Source of the DNA: Methanobacteriota archaeon
Lineage (GTDB): Archaea; Halobacteriota; Bog-38; Methanoflorentales; Methanoflorentaceae
NCBI GenBank assembly: GCA_963719035.1
Contig: CAVRAO010000002.1
Span: 256,001 to 320,000, forward strand
Length of the DNA stretch: 64,000 nucleotides
Direction of reading: 5' to 3'
Positions 9,822-19,811 of the stretch are shown in pieces (the stretch's first letter is position 1; each line of letters opens with the position of its first letter). The notes beneath the pieces were generated by a model that had not been told where the DNA came from, ran no database searches, and saw only the letters and a list, made by a program, of their open reading frames with translations. The translations under genes were made by a program, and so were the position numbers.

Positions 9822-12489
9822 CTATGTTCGTTTGACAATAATTGTCCCTTCGCTTAGCTTAATAACGTCGACGACCATTCCCTCCACAAACAGCTCTTTT
9901 TTAACAATGAAATCCGTCGGCAAAAACTCATGACCGTTAATCCTGACCGATCCCGTTCCGATTTGATCCGCGATTTCCTCAACAGGAACGCTTTTTATTA
10001 ACTCTGCTACACGCATTGCTTCAGACTTAAAACGCGGACCTAACGAACCAAGATTTGGACTAATTTCAGATATATGCTCGAGAATATCTGGTTTGCCTGT
10101 CCTATATTCAATATCGGCATTGAGCGTATTATTAATATCTGGCGCTCCGGTAGACATATCGCGATCTAAATACACATAAAGCCCTTCAATTCGAGCGTTC
10201 AGTGCGATGCGTTGCTCAGATTTGTATCGCCTAACACTGGCAATAATTTCTTTAACTAGCTCTCCTGTGCGACGGGCTTCCTGGACGTCTTTTTGAGACG
10301 CTGCTATGGCTATTTGCTGAACATCCCCTGTGGTGGTTGTCGATTCGGTAGAAGTCACGCCGAGTGGTTTTAGGCAAAGAACAGGCCACGAGTGTAAATG
10401 AACACTTTCATCGCCGGGGTTTATGTGCGAAAACAACTCCTCCGAAAAGAATGGACAAAATGGTGCTAGCAGCTTGGCAATCGTATTAAGCGCGAGGTGT
10501 AAAGCAGCGAGGCTGTACGCGTCCCGTTCATAGAGCCTTCCTTTAACCGCTTCGATATAATGGTCAGCTAATATATTCCAAACGAAAGATCGAATTTCTT
10601 TAAGGGCCTCGTCAAAGGCAAACCGGTCCATACTGGAGGTGACAGAGTCAACCAGCTCAATAAGATTACACATTAACCATATCTCACTTGGATTTTGAGA
10701 TCTATAAATGACTGGCTGGACTCCTTGAGTGAAATGTAACATGGCAAATCTAAAGATATTCCAAAGCTTGGTTAAAAATCTTGAAGAGGCTTTCAAGTCT
10801 TTTGTGTTATATGGAACGTCAGATCCAACTGAGCCCCCTATTGCTGCCCATTGCCGAAGCGCGTCCGTGCCATATTGCTCAATAACGCTTTCAGGAGCGA
10901 CGATATTACCAAGCGACTTGCTCATCTTCTGGTTGTCTTTACCGAGTACCATCCCATTGACTAAAACGCTTTCCCAGGGCTTGCTCCCCACGAGAGCGTC
11001 TGATCGTAGTATTGTATAAAACGCCCATGTCCTAATGATGTCGTGACCTTGTGGCCGCAATTGAGTGGGAAACTGTCGCTCGTACTGAGCGTTAGGCCAA
11101 CCTGCTGCATTTAGAGCAGAGAGCGATGAGTCCATCCATGTGTCTAATACGTCGTATTCAGGTGTAAAACTCGATGACCCGCATTCACAAACACGGGCAG
11201 GAGCTTCTTGAGTGGGATCCAAAGGCAACCAACTTTCTTCAGCAACCACGACCGTATCACATCCGTCACAGTACCAAACTGGAATAGGTGTAGCGAAAAT
11301 CCGTTGGCGAGAGATACACCAGTCCCACTCGACGCTTTCAGTCCAATTCTTCAAGCGATGCAATGAGTACCGACGGGATCCACTCAATCTCTGATGCTCG
11401 AGCGAGTATTGTATCCTTATTAATCTTTACAAACCACTGGCTCTCAGAAAGGATCTCAATCGGGGTTTTACATCGATCGTGAAATCCCACATTCTGCTCA
11501 ATGCGTTCCTGTTTTTGTAAGAGCTTACCGTTAAAAAGATCTCCGATAATGCGCTCTTTTGCCTCGCCAATGGTTAGGCCGCTGTATCGTGTATCAGTCA
11601 TGCGGCCATCTTTTCCAATCACTTTTTTAAGTCGCAGATTGTGCTTTTTCCACCAGCGCACGTCTTGCTTGTCGCCAAATGTGCAGATCATCACTACGCC
11701 AGTGCCAAACGTGGGATCAACCGCTTCGTCGCCAATTATGGCGACCTCCTCATCATAAAGGGGCGTTCGTACTGTCCCGCCAATTAAACGGACATAGCGT
11801 TCATCACTGGGGTTAACTGCAACAGCAACGCAAGCACCTAAAAGTTCGGGACGCGTTGTAGCTATTTCGACTGATCCTAAGTCGCTGCTTTCAAAAAAAA
11901 GATGATGAAGAATGGTCGACCGTGAGTCATAATCTACTTCAGCAAATGCGATAGCCGTCTCACAGCGTGGGCACCAGTTTACGGGGTGCTCATCTTTGTA
12001 AATGAGGTCGTTATTATACATTTGCACGAACGATTTCTGCGTCTTAGCGTAGTAGGCCTTATCCATAGTCACAAACTCTTGCGACCAATCTATGGAAAAA
12101 GCAAGACGCTGCATCGTTCCCTTCATCAACGCAATGTTTTCTCGAGTCAAGCTTTCGCACAGCCCTCTGAATTCTGCACGTGGGATCTGGTTTTTCGTTA
12201 CATTGTAGGTTGTTTCGACCTTTACCTCAGTCGGAAGCCCGTGACAGTCCCATCCTTGCGGAAATTTAACGTCACAGCCCTTCATACGCTTATAGCGCGC
12301 GATGAAGTCTATATAACACCAATTAAGGGCGTTTCCAAGGTGAAAATTACCAGTTGGATATGGCGGCGGCGTATCGATTATAAAGCGCTCTTTTATTTCC
12401 CCGCCGCGATAACGATACATGTCCGAGTCCCAAGCGGTCAGCCATTTTGACTCAATGTATTCATAATCAAAGTTCTTTGGTATAGCCAT
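9822..12489 (-). CDS. valS: Valyl-tRNA synthetase (one extra base at about 11371)
   Basis: DTPPPYPTGNFHLGN (HIGH), GTGVVMICTFGD, DWCISRQR, KMSKS; removing one base restores EWIPSYSLHRL. Confidence 0.93.
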
Positions 12490-12524
12490 ACTCCCTCACA
12501 AGCATAGTTTGAGCTGATTCGTTA

Positions 12525-13256
12525 TCAAAACGCTCCAATGGACTCGTTAACAACATCGTTAGAAAGCGTACCGACACCGGGGATCTCCACCTCAACGGTA
12601 TCCCCCTCTCTCAGCTGCCCCACACCTCGCGGGGTGCCAGTAGCGATTATATCTCCAGCTTCAAGCGTCATAATCCGCGATATAAACCTTATCAAATAAT
12701 CAACGTCAAAGATGAGATCCCTAGTATTTGAACTCTGCCGCAATCGACCGTTAACCCGTGTCTTGATCGATACATTCCTAGGATCTAGATCAGTCGAAAC
12801 AAACGGACCGACTGGTGCGAAGGAGTCAAAGCTCTTTGCACGAGTCCATTGACCATCCTCTTTTTGCAAGTCTCGTGCGGTCACATCATTAAAGCACGTA
12901 TACCCAAGTATAACTTGTTCAGGGTTAACCACGTTTTTACATCTCTGACTAATAACCACTCCAAGTTCCCCTTCATAATCAACACGCGTACTAGAGATTG
13001 GATAAACAATGCTTTCGCCAGGACCAATCACGCTAGTCGATGGTTTGAGGAAAAGCACAGGATTCGCTAGGACTGATTCTTTCAGTTCCAGCGCGTGATC
13101 AGTGTAATTCAAGCCCACACAAACGATCTTGCTTGGACAGGTCGGTGCAAGCACTGTGACGTCCTCAAGGTCGTACGTAATTCCATTTCTATGCACGCAT
13201 TTACCATCAAAAATCCCGGAAAAAACCTCTTGTTGAGCCTTAAAGCGGCCGATCAC
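12525..13256 (-). CDS. Fumarylacetoacetate hydrolase family protein
   Basis: KIVCVGLNY, DYEGEL, NDVTARDLQ, AKSFD, GDIIATGTP. Confidence 0.92.
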   Translation of the reverse strand: MIGRFKAQQEVFSGIFDGKCVHRNGITYDLEDVTVLAPTCPSKIVCVGLNYTDHALELKESVLANPVLFLKPSTSVIGPGESIVYPISSTRVDYEGELGVVISQRCKNVVNPEQVILGYTCFNDVTARDLQKEDGQWTRAKSFDSFAPVGPFVSTDLDPRNVSIKTRVNGRLRQSSNTRDLIFDVDYLIRFISRIMTLEAGDIIATGTPRGVGQLREGDTVEVEIPGVGTLSNDVVNESIGAF

Positions 13257-14002
13257 AATTTCACCTTTCTGCCCGTCGCGTCGCGCATATATCTCCCAAA
13301 TTCGCCCTCGTTCAGCTGTTTTCCCGTGAAAACAGGACCATCAATACATACGCGCAACCCTGAAGGATCGATACAACATGAACCACATAAACCAACGCCA
13401 CACTTGATATAACGCTGCAAGCTAAACTGACTCTGCACTCGCGCCTCAACTGCGTGATCTAACACTTTGCGCATCATTTTTTCAGGACCACATGATGCTA
13501 TCTCTTGGTAGCCTTCAGCGCGCTTAAGCAAATCAATAGTCAATCCTTTAAATCCAGCCGAGCCGTCTTCCGTCGCCACTAAAAGAGGTCCTGAGCTCTC
13601 AAAACGTTCGCGGAACAACAATTCATCCTCTGTCTTGGCTCCGAGAATCGTTGTAACCCTGTTTTTTAGCACGTCTGCCAAAGGTGCTAGTGGAGCGGCT
13701 CCAACGCCTCCTGCAACGAGCAGCGCAGGCAGTTTTGTTACAGTGAAGCCATTGCCAAATGGACCCCGCATGCCAAGAGAGTCGCCTACGTTCAACCTAA
13801 ACAAAGCTTCGGTAGCATCGCCTACTTTTCTAACAGTGATACCGTTTGCGTACGACAGACTCATCGGTATCTCATCAACGCCTCGAATCCAGACCATAAC
13901 ATATTGGCCTGGTGTAAATTTAAAAGAGTGATCGAAAAAGAATGTCTTTATGTCTTTAGATTCAGATTTGATGCCTGTAATTTCGACATTTCTCACATAC
14001 AT
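13253..14002 (-). CDS. pyrK: Dihydroorotate dehydrogenase electron transfer subunit
   Basis: PGQYVMVW, GPFGNGF, GGVGAAP, CGVGLCGSC...C 2Fe-2S motif, DGPVF. Confidence 0.9.
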   Translation of the reverse strand: MYVRNVEITGIKSESKDIKTFFFDHSFKFTPGQYVMVWIRGVDEIPMSLSYANGITVRKVGDATEALFRLNVGDSLGMRGPFGNGFTVTKLPALLVAGGVGAAPLAPLADVLKNRVTTILGAKTEDELLFRERFESSGPLLVATEDGSAGFKGLTIDLLKRAEGYQEIASCGPEKMMRKVLDHAVEARVQSQFSLQRYIKCGVGLCGSCCIDPSGLRVCIDGPVFTGKQLNEGEFGRYMRDATGRKVKL

Positions 14003-14280
14003 CGTCCCTAAAAAGGACGTAAGCCGTATTTTAAGTTTCTCTTTCCCACTGTGTCCGTTAGCTGAGTGCCGTTCAGTTTGTTATGAAGTTAACGCCTGCG
14101 CCACCTGGCTTTGAAACTCACAGCTAAGTAACAGTCGAAACCAAAAAAATTGGCCCATTGTGAGACCTAGCAATGACATGTAATAAACAGGCGAACTACG
14201 CTCTCCTCAACTCACCTAAACACCCTTGAAAGGCTTAACCAGGGTCAGCAACATAGTTAAGTCTCTAAAGGTAATCGATC

Positions 14281-15204
14281 ATGCCGAGCATGAGATCAAT
14301 GGGACATAACGCAGAGGTAATAGGATTCGGAGCGCTGAATTGCGATAAGATATACCGGGTAGAGGACTTAGCACCTCCTGGAAGAGAGACTGGTATCATT
14401 TCCGCTACAAGGCAGCCAGGGGGCTCTGCGGCGAATACAATTGTAGGATTGACTCGCTTAGGGATCAAAACAGGGTTTATTGGCACCGTAGGAAACGACA
14501 GAGAAGGCTCACTTTTATTAGATGACTTGAAGCGGGAAGGTGTCAATCTGCAGGGTATCATAAAAGTAGATGGAGATACTGGTGCCGCATTGATATTCAT
14601 AGACTCGTGCGGTGAAAGAGCTATCTATATCCTTCCAAGTGTCAATGACACGTTCATAACAGCGAATCATGATTACGCAAAAAACGCCAAAATACTGCAC
14701 GTTAGTTCTTTTACGGGAATCGACCAACTCAGAATGCAAATCTCATATGTTAAACAACTTCAGGGGAAACGAACGAAAATTTCATTTAGCCCTGGCAACA
14801 TGTATGTGAAGCTTGGACTAAATGAGCTTAAACCACTAATTGAGCGATCATTCTTGCTGTTCCTGAACAGAGAAGAGGCGAAAACATTAACCGGATCGCC
14901 TGACGTTGAAGATGTGGCATCTCTCCTTGACCTAGGTACAAAGATTGTTGCTGTCACACTTGGAGATCTAGGATCGCACGTTGTAACGCACAGTAAAAGC
15001 TTTTATTTGCCCCCCTTCAAATCGAAAATAAATGACACTGTAGGGGCAGGTGACGCGTTTGCTGCGGGTTTTTTGTACGGACAGTTAACCGGCAAGGACC
15101 TTCGAGAGTCAGGTCTTTACGGCAACTTCATGGCTTCTAAATCGATCGGTGAGCTTGGGGGCAGAAAAGGGCTCTTGAGAGATCTGAAAGGACTTAGTAA
15201 CTGA
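14281..15204 (+). CDS. PfkB family carbohydrate kinase
   Basis: GGSAANT, GFIGTVGND, DTVGAGDAF. Confidence 0.9.
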   Translation: MPSMRSMGHNAEVIGFGALNCDKIYRVEDLAPPGRETGIISATRQPGGSAANTIVGLTRLGIKTGFIGTVGNDREGSLLLDDLKREGVNLQGIIKVDGDTGAALIFIDSCGERAIYILPSVNDTFITANHDYAKNAKILHVSSFTGIDQLRMQISYVKQLQGKRTKISFSPGNMYVKLGLNELKPLIERSFLLFLNREEAKTLTGSPDVEDVASLLDLGTKIVAVTLGDLGSHVVTHSKSFYLPPFKSKINDTVGAGDAFAAGFLYGQLTGKDLRESGLYGNFMASKSIGELGGRKGLLRDLKGLSN

Positions 15205-15339
15205 TCATTCACATACCGCGCGAGCCGTCGATAAGTACAATAAGCAGTTTTATAGCTTAAGCTAGATTAGCGCGTAAATTATGGTCAACAGGCGATTGGC
15301 GCTTTCGTCTCGGTGTTAAAAAAAGCAAAAGCGGTTAAG

Positions 15340-15615
15340 TTACTTGTTACTTGCTACTGTAATTTCGATTGCTGAGACGTTCGTTTCACCAGTCTCGGTA
15401 CTAAGACTCTCAGTGGAGATCGCTATGTCCTTCACGCTGGCTTCTGTAAGGAACCGATTTCGTGCAATTTCTGCGACATCAACTGCCCGCGAAATGGCCC
15501 TCCCTCGAGCTTTTATCAAGACCTCGTCGGCTCCGTTGTTAAACTGCGTTACCACGGCTAGCACGTAATTCATCACAGGTTTGTTGCCTACGTAGATTAT
15601 GTTGTCGTCTGTCAT
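15340..15615 (-). CDS. albA: DNA/RNA-binding protein Alba
   Basis: [28 protein letters not shown]. Confidence 0.95.
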   Translation of the reverse strand: MTDDNIIYVGNKPVMNYVLAVVTQFNNGADEVLIKARGRAISRAVDVAEIARNRFLTEASVKDIAISTESLSTETGETNVSAIEITVASNK

Positions 15616-15719
15616 ACTGTGCCTCCCTTGAGGATCTAACAGACACAAACGCTTTATGATAGATAAAACTTTCTAACTAAATTTGGTCCTTTAAAACCAA
15701 ACAAAGTTCACATAGGGCT

Positions 15720-16523
15720 TCATTTGAAAAATGACTTCATCTTTGCTGCGTCTTGTTCAAGGAGGGGCGACTCACATATAATCGTCGCGTCACAACCGTG
15801 TTGCTTGAGGGCGTCGGCAAGCAGCTTAAACTGGTTTAGATCTACAGGTAAATGCCTACGCTCGTTACCTTTTGAAAATTCAATTCCAGAGAAATGGATA
15901 TGTACATGATTTCTGTTGCTGAGCGCCCTCAGCACCCGCGCAAAGTCTTCAACGGTGTGAAAACACCCATTGCACCGAGCGTGTAAATGCGCAAAATCAA
16001 TAACAGGGCGAACGAGTGGCAGTTCTCGTTGCAGCTTCTGCAATTCTTCGACGGTTCCAAACTGACTTTGACGACCTAGCAATTCAACACCAAGATGCGT
16101 TTGCGTTATGCGAGCATCGTGCATATACTCCAATAAGCCAACGCAGGCGTCTTTCACTAGCTCGAACGTCTCATCTTTAGTGTATTTCTTCGTGTAGTAG
16201 GCCGAATGGAATACAACGATCTGTGCTCCGAGTGCGTGCGCTCTATCGATAGAGAGCTTTATTCGATTAATGCTATCTGAGATGATCGTCGGATTTTCTG
16301 AAGCGAGGTTAATCATATATGGCGCGTGAACTGACAGATCGATCTTCGCATTGCGCGCAATTTCGCCTACTGCTAGCGCTGTCTCTTCCTTCATTGAAAC
16401 GCGCCTGACAAACTGTACTTCGAGCGCGTCGAGACCGATGTCAGATAAGTATTCAATGCCCTCTCCTGTGCTCTTTCCTTTTAGTGCCAGAGGAACTCCT
16501 GCAATCCCTACCTTAATCATCAA
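15720..16523 (-). CDS. Endonuclease IV-like TIM-barrel protein
   Basis: LSVHAPYMINLAS, VVFH, IDFAHLHAR, HIHFSG, ICESP. Confidence 0.85.
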   Translation of the reverse strand: MMIKVGIAGVPLALKGKSTGEGIEYLSDIGLDALEVQFVRRVSMKEETALAVGEIARNAKIDLSVHAPYMINLASENPTIISDSINRIKLSIDRAHALGAQIVVFHSAYYTKKYTKDETFELVKDACVGLLEYMHDARITQTHLGVELLGRQSQFGTVEELQKLQRELPLVRPVIDFAHLHARCNGCFHTVEDFARVLRALSNRNHVHIHFSGIEFSKGNERRHLPVDLNQFKLLADALKQHGCDATIICESPLLEQDAAKMKSFFK

Positions 16524-16633
16524 CGTTATGCACGATTCGATCGGCCATAATAGTAACGCGCTCGCTACGAGTCTTTTTGACGATCTGCATCAAAAATGCT
16601 CAAACGAAAAATAGAAGTTAAAAGAGCTACAGT

Positions 16634-16837
16634 GTGTTGCTAGATACTATGGACGAAATCGATTTAGCAGCAGAGAAACCCTTGCAGTTTAAGAAAATTA
16701 ACGAGGTTTCGATGAGTATAGGAACGGTCATAATAAGCGTGCGAAGTACTGACGAATCTCTCGACAAGGTGAAGGATACCACTTTCGAAATCCTGGGCAA
16801 GGTACAAGGAAAAAGCTCACCCGAACATAACTACTAA
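16634..16837 (+). CDS. Small hypothetical protein
   Basis: 67-aa ORF with protein-like composition. Confidence 0.5.
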   Translation: MLLDTMDEIDLAAEKPLQFKKINEVSMSIGTVIISVRSTDESLDKVKDTTFEILGKVQGKSSPEHNY

Positions 16838-16872
16838 GCAAAATCGCTGCCTTTTGTCTATGCGGTCTTTTT

Positions 16873-17235
16873 TTGCCATCAGAAAATTTAAAAGACTTGA
16901 TGCCTTCAGATCCAAAAACAACAACAGAGCTTAGAAAGACGCTGAGCGGAATTACTGAGCTATGTGCTTTGCTAGAAAGCACGTTAGACCGATCTCTGAC
17001 TGAACCCTATATCGACGCAAATCAGTTCATCTCAAAGTACAACCATTTTCGTAACAACCTGTTTTTACTGCAGCCAGATGATGTCATAGAGGAGATGCTG
17101 ACTGAGATGCCCACGTACGTCTACACTGGCGACGATGCAGCCGATGTAGTAAATGTCAAACAACTTCTAGTTGAGGTATACCTCAAAAATTCGCAACTTA
17201 TGGCGTATCTTCAAAATCTGCTTGAACTTGGTTGA
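16873..17235 (+). CDS. Hypothetical protein
   Basis: 120-aa helical acidic ORF. Confidence 0.6.
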   Translation: MPSENLKDLMPSDPKTTTELRKTLSGITELCALLESTLDRSLTEPYIDANQFISKYNHFRNNLFLLQPDDVIEEMLTEMPTYVYTGDDAADVVNVKQLLVEVYLKNSQLMAYLQNLLELG

Positions 17236-17271
17236 TTGCGATAGTAAACTCCTGGCTTTGATGGTTTTATA

Positions 17272-17408
17272 CGCCGGGGTTGGGATTTGAACCCAAGCGA
17301 TGCGTCCTCTATAAAAGCCCCGCAGGCTTTTCTATGCAAGGCATCAACAGGTCTCGAGCCTGCCGCGTTGGGACTCGTTGCCGATTAGTCCGCTCTGCCA
17401 CCCCGGGC
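17272..17408 (-). tRNA. tRNA-Ser(CGA) with two introns (D-loop 17369-17385; variable arm 17304-17335)
   Basis: Acceptor GCC(C)GGGG/CCCCGGC with discriminator G; anticodon arm GCAGG-CTCGAGA-CCTGT; variable stem GATGC/GCATC; T arm TTGGG-TTCAAAT-CCCAA; both inserts form bulge-helix-type splice motifs. Confidence 0.9.
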
Positions 17409-17461
17409 ATGCGCACTGATGTGCGTGCTTCTTATAGCAAAACTCCTATAAAGATTATTGG

Positions 17462-17674
17462 ATGCCAAAAGAACACCTCTGTGTCACCGTAGAGCTGAAA
17501 GGACAGGCACAAGAAGTGAATTTGCCTTTGGGTTCAGACTACGAGCGATTGCTAAGTGAACTCAAATTAAATTCTGAAGAGGTTCTTGTTTTTGTAGAGA
17601 ATGAGGCAGTCCCCTTCGACGCTCCCGTGCAACCAGGGATTGTACGTGTGTTAAAAGTCGTTTCCGGCGGTTAA
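17462..17674 (+). CDS. ThiS/MoaD/SAMP-like ubiquitin-fold sulfur carrier
   Basis: 70 aa, beta-grasp-like pattern, C-terminal VVSGG. Confidence 0.85.
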   Translation: MPKEHLCVTVELKGQAQEVNLPLGSDYERLLSELKLNSEEVLVFVENEAVPFDAPVQPGIVRVLKVVSGG

Positions 17675-17704
17675 ACAAGAAGATTGATTTAACACTTACT
17701 AACC

Positions 17705-18610
17705 CTATTCTTGCAGTATCTTGTCTAACTTGACTGATTCATCGGATTGCGAGAAAAAAGGTAGAGCAGCGATCGCACCAATAATGCCGCGCCCTTCTAG
17801 GCAAACCTTCACACCAGCAGCGTGAGCTGCCTCGGTAGCCGCAGAAATAGACACCTCGCCTGAGCGGGTCGCGTTACCGAAATTCAAAAGGCGTTCTGCA
17901 CTGAACGATTTTAAGACAGCCATTCCCGTCTTATCTGATAGCGAGAGCTCCTCCAAGAGTTTTTTGAATTTTTTGATAGGTTTGTCGTCGTTCAAACCCG
18001 CAAACTCGACGACAGTTGCCACGCAGTTTTTCGTCTTCGCCTTGACAGGGTAAAGTTGCACAATAGCGTGAGAAACGTAGCGAAGCGATTCGTTATCTAC
18101 CATTGTGGCTATGTTGTTCACTAGTGACCACGTTGCACCTTCTTGTTTGGTGTCTGTGTCATCCACCCCTATAATAATGCGAGACCTTTTTGGCAATGTA
18201 AGCGTCCCGCGACTTAACTTGCTGCCTCCTGCTGGCGTGAGATCGTAATCGATGACGTCGCGAGCAAGCGCTCTACACATTGTAGCGCCGACGCCACCAC
18301 CCCCTAAGCCAGCGTACGTCACCTTTATGGTGTCTTTTGACACAGTAACAGACTCAATCCCGCCAGCAGATACAGACGCTCTGAGTTTAAGATGAGACGT
18401 CCCCTCTTTGATGAGATAGCGAGTCGTGTTTCCCAAAGCGCGACTTGTGACGATCAGTGGACTTGCTTGAGCATAGTGATACCGGGCCCACGCAGCACCG
18501 CCATAACAGTTCGTTGTTTCGATAAGCTCAATACAACCCGTTCCTGAGATAGCTAAGATGTCTCTGTAAGGCACTATCCAAGGAAGATGTCTGAACTCAG
18601 GCGTGGCCAT
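17705..18610 (-). CDS. Methanogenesis marker protein 11 (TiaS N-terminal-like)
   Basis: CYGGAAW, YAGLGGGGVGATMCR, IIGVDDTDTKQEGATW, KTKNC, GIIGAIAA. Confidence 0.85.
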   Translation of the reverse strand: MATPEFRHLPWIVPYRDILAISGTGCIELIETTNCYGGAAWARYHYAQASPLIVTSRALGNTTRYLIKEGTSHLKLRASVSAGGIESVTVSKDTIKVTYAGLGGGGVGATMCRALARDVIDYDLTPAGGSKLSRGTLTLPKRSRIIIGVDDTDTKQEGATWSLVNNIATMVDNESLRYVSHAIVQLYPVKAKTKNCVATVVEFAGLNDDKPIKKFKKLLEELSLSDKTGMAVLKSFSAERLLNFGNATRSGEVSISAATEAAHAAGVKVCLEGRGIIGAIAALPFFSQSDESVKLDKILQE

Positions 18611-18621
18611 CAGTCGTCACC

Positions 18622-19134
18622 TTAATCCTCTTTTGCACGGAAACGATTTATAGCTGTTCTAATCGAATCAGCTACTGTTATGCTCGCTCTTCGCGCCACG
18701 GGACTCAAGCCGTCCCCAAAATCACAATTAGCCGGTTGAATGCCGATGAGAAAAATGTTGCAGTTCATTTCCGTTTGGAGGTATTCGCCGAGCGCTAATA
18801 GAGAAGCCTTGTGTGTTGAGACCGATGAACCTTTAAGGTCGTTGAGCTGAAAGATGTGTGCATCGCCAGGCAAAGCGCCGAAATCTGCTGCATCTACAAG
18901 CACAACACAAGTTGGTTTTACTCGTTTGAGGTACCCCGTAAAGTTTTCAGGAGCGTTTTGACAGTTAAGCACAACGACCGAAGGGTCATCAAAACTCGAG
19001 CTGAGTCTATCAACAACAGCAAGTCCTACTGCGTCATCACGTCTTAATTCATTTCCAATTCCCAAGATCGCGATTTTTGAACAGGCATATCCCGCAAAGA
19101 GGCGATAAACGTTTAACTCGAATTCATCCATCAT
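18622..19134 (-). CDS. hycI: Hydrogenase maturation endopeptidase, HycI type
   Basis: GIGNELRRDDAVG, PENF, VDAAD, STH, IGIQP. Confidence 0.85.
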   Translation of the reverse strand: MMDEFELNVYRLFAGYACSKIAILGIGNELRRDDAVGLAVVDRLSSSFDDPSVVVLNCQNAPENFTGYLKRVKPTCVVLVDAADFGALPGDAHIFQLNDLKGSSVSTHKASLLALGEYLQTEMNCNIFLIGIQPANCDFGDGLSPVARRASITVADSIRTAINRFRAKED

Positions 19135-19811
19135 GGCTGCACCGAATGCTGTCGGTCGCAAAACCTCACGACTTCTTGAACCACGAGCTTCGCATCTCGT
19201 TTCTTAAGGTCGTAGTCATGACTAGCAAGAAACGTTTTGATCTTAGTACGATCACCGCTATCTATCTGTCCCCTCAACTCAGCTGTCTTTAAAACTAATG
19301 GAAAGCTTCGTTCCATATAAAAGAAGCTCTTTGCGAGGTTAAGCAAAGCGTTGCTCATGTCTCTGTCCACAATTGAAGCGTCTAAGAGTGAGTGTAAGGC
19401 AACGCGTATATTGATGAGCGGTTCGGATACAGGCTCGTAAGTGATTGGGTTGTACGCCACGGCAACTTCATCATCTGCTTCAATAACTCCCTCTTTAAAA
19501 CACGTATAGATCTTCCCGACTCCAATCATCCCGAAACTGTCGAGTTCAGAGGCGCGCAACGCCCCCATGCTTGATCCACCAACAACAGTCACGCCCGACT
19601 TAATTGCACCTATTATTTCTCGATGTGAAACCGCAGCACGATTAAAAAAAACGCCGTCAATCAATCCGATGATCGATATGCCCGTTTTAGCCGCTTTCAA
19701 GATATCTCCTCGTACGGCGGGGGGGCAGCATCTTATCCTTTGATCAGCGGAAGACACTTCAGACCAAGACAAACTTGGACCTGTAAATATTACGCAGTCA
19801 CATTTCGCCAT
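19131..19811 (-). CDS. tfuA: TfuA-related McrA thioamidation protein
   Basis: FTGPSL, PPAVRGD, IDGVF, HREI, SSMGALRASEL, DDEVAV. Confidence 0.92.
   Translation of the reverse strand: MAKCDCVIFTGPSLSWSEVSSADQRIRCCPPAVRGDILKAAKTGISIIGLIDGVFFNRAAVSHREIIGAIKSGVTVVGGSSMGALRASELDSFGMIGVGKIYTCFKEGVIEADDEVAVAYNPITYEPVSEPLINIRVALHSLLDASIVDRDMSNALLNLAKSFFYMERSFPLVLKTAELRGQIDSGDRTKIKTFLASHDYDLKKRDAKLVVQEVVRFCDRQHSVQP

Noticed and set aside
14003-14280. Possible ncRNA or small ORF between pyrK and pfkB
   Set aside because: Only weak hairpins and a short ORF without recognisable motifs
17280-17492. 70-aa ORF on the plus strand
   Set aside because: It overlaps the tRNA-Ser gene antisense
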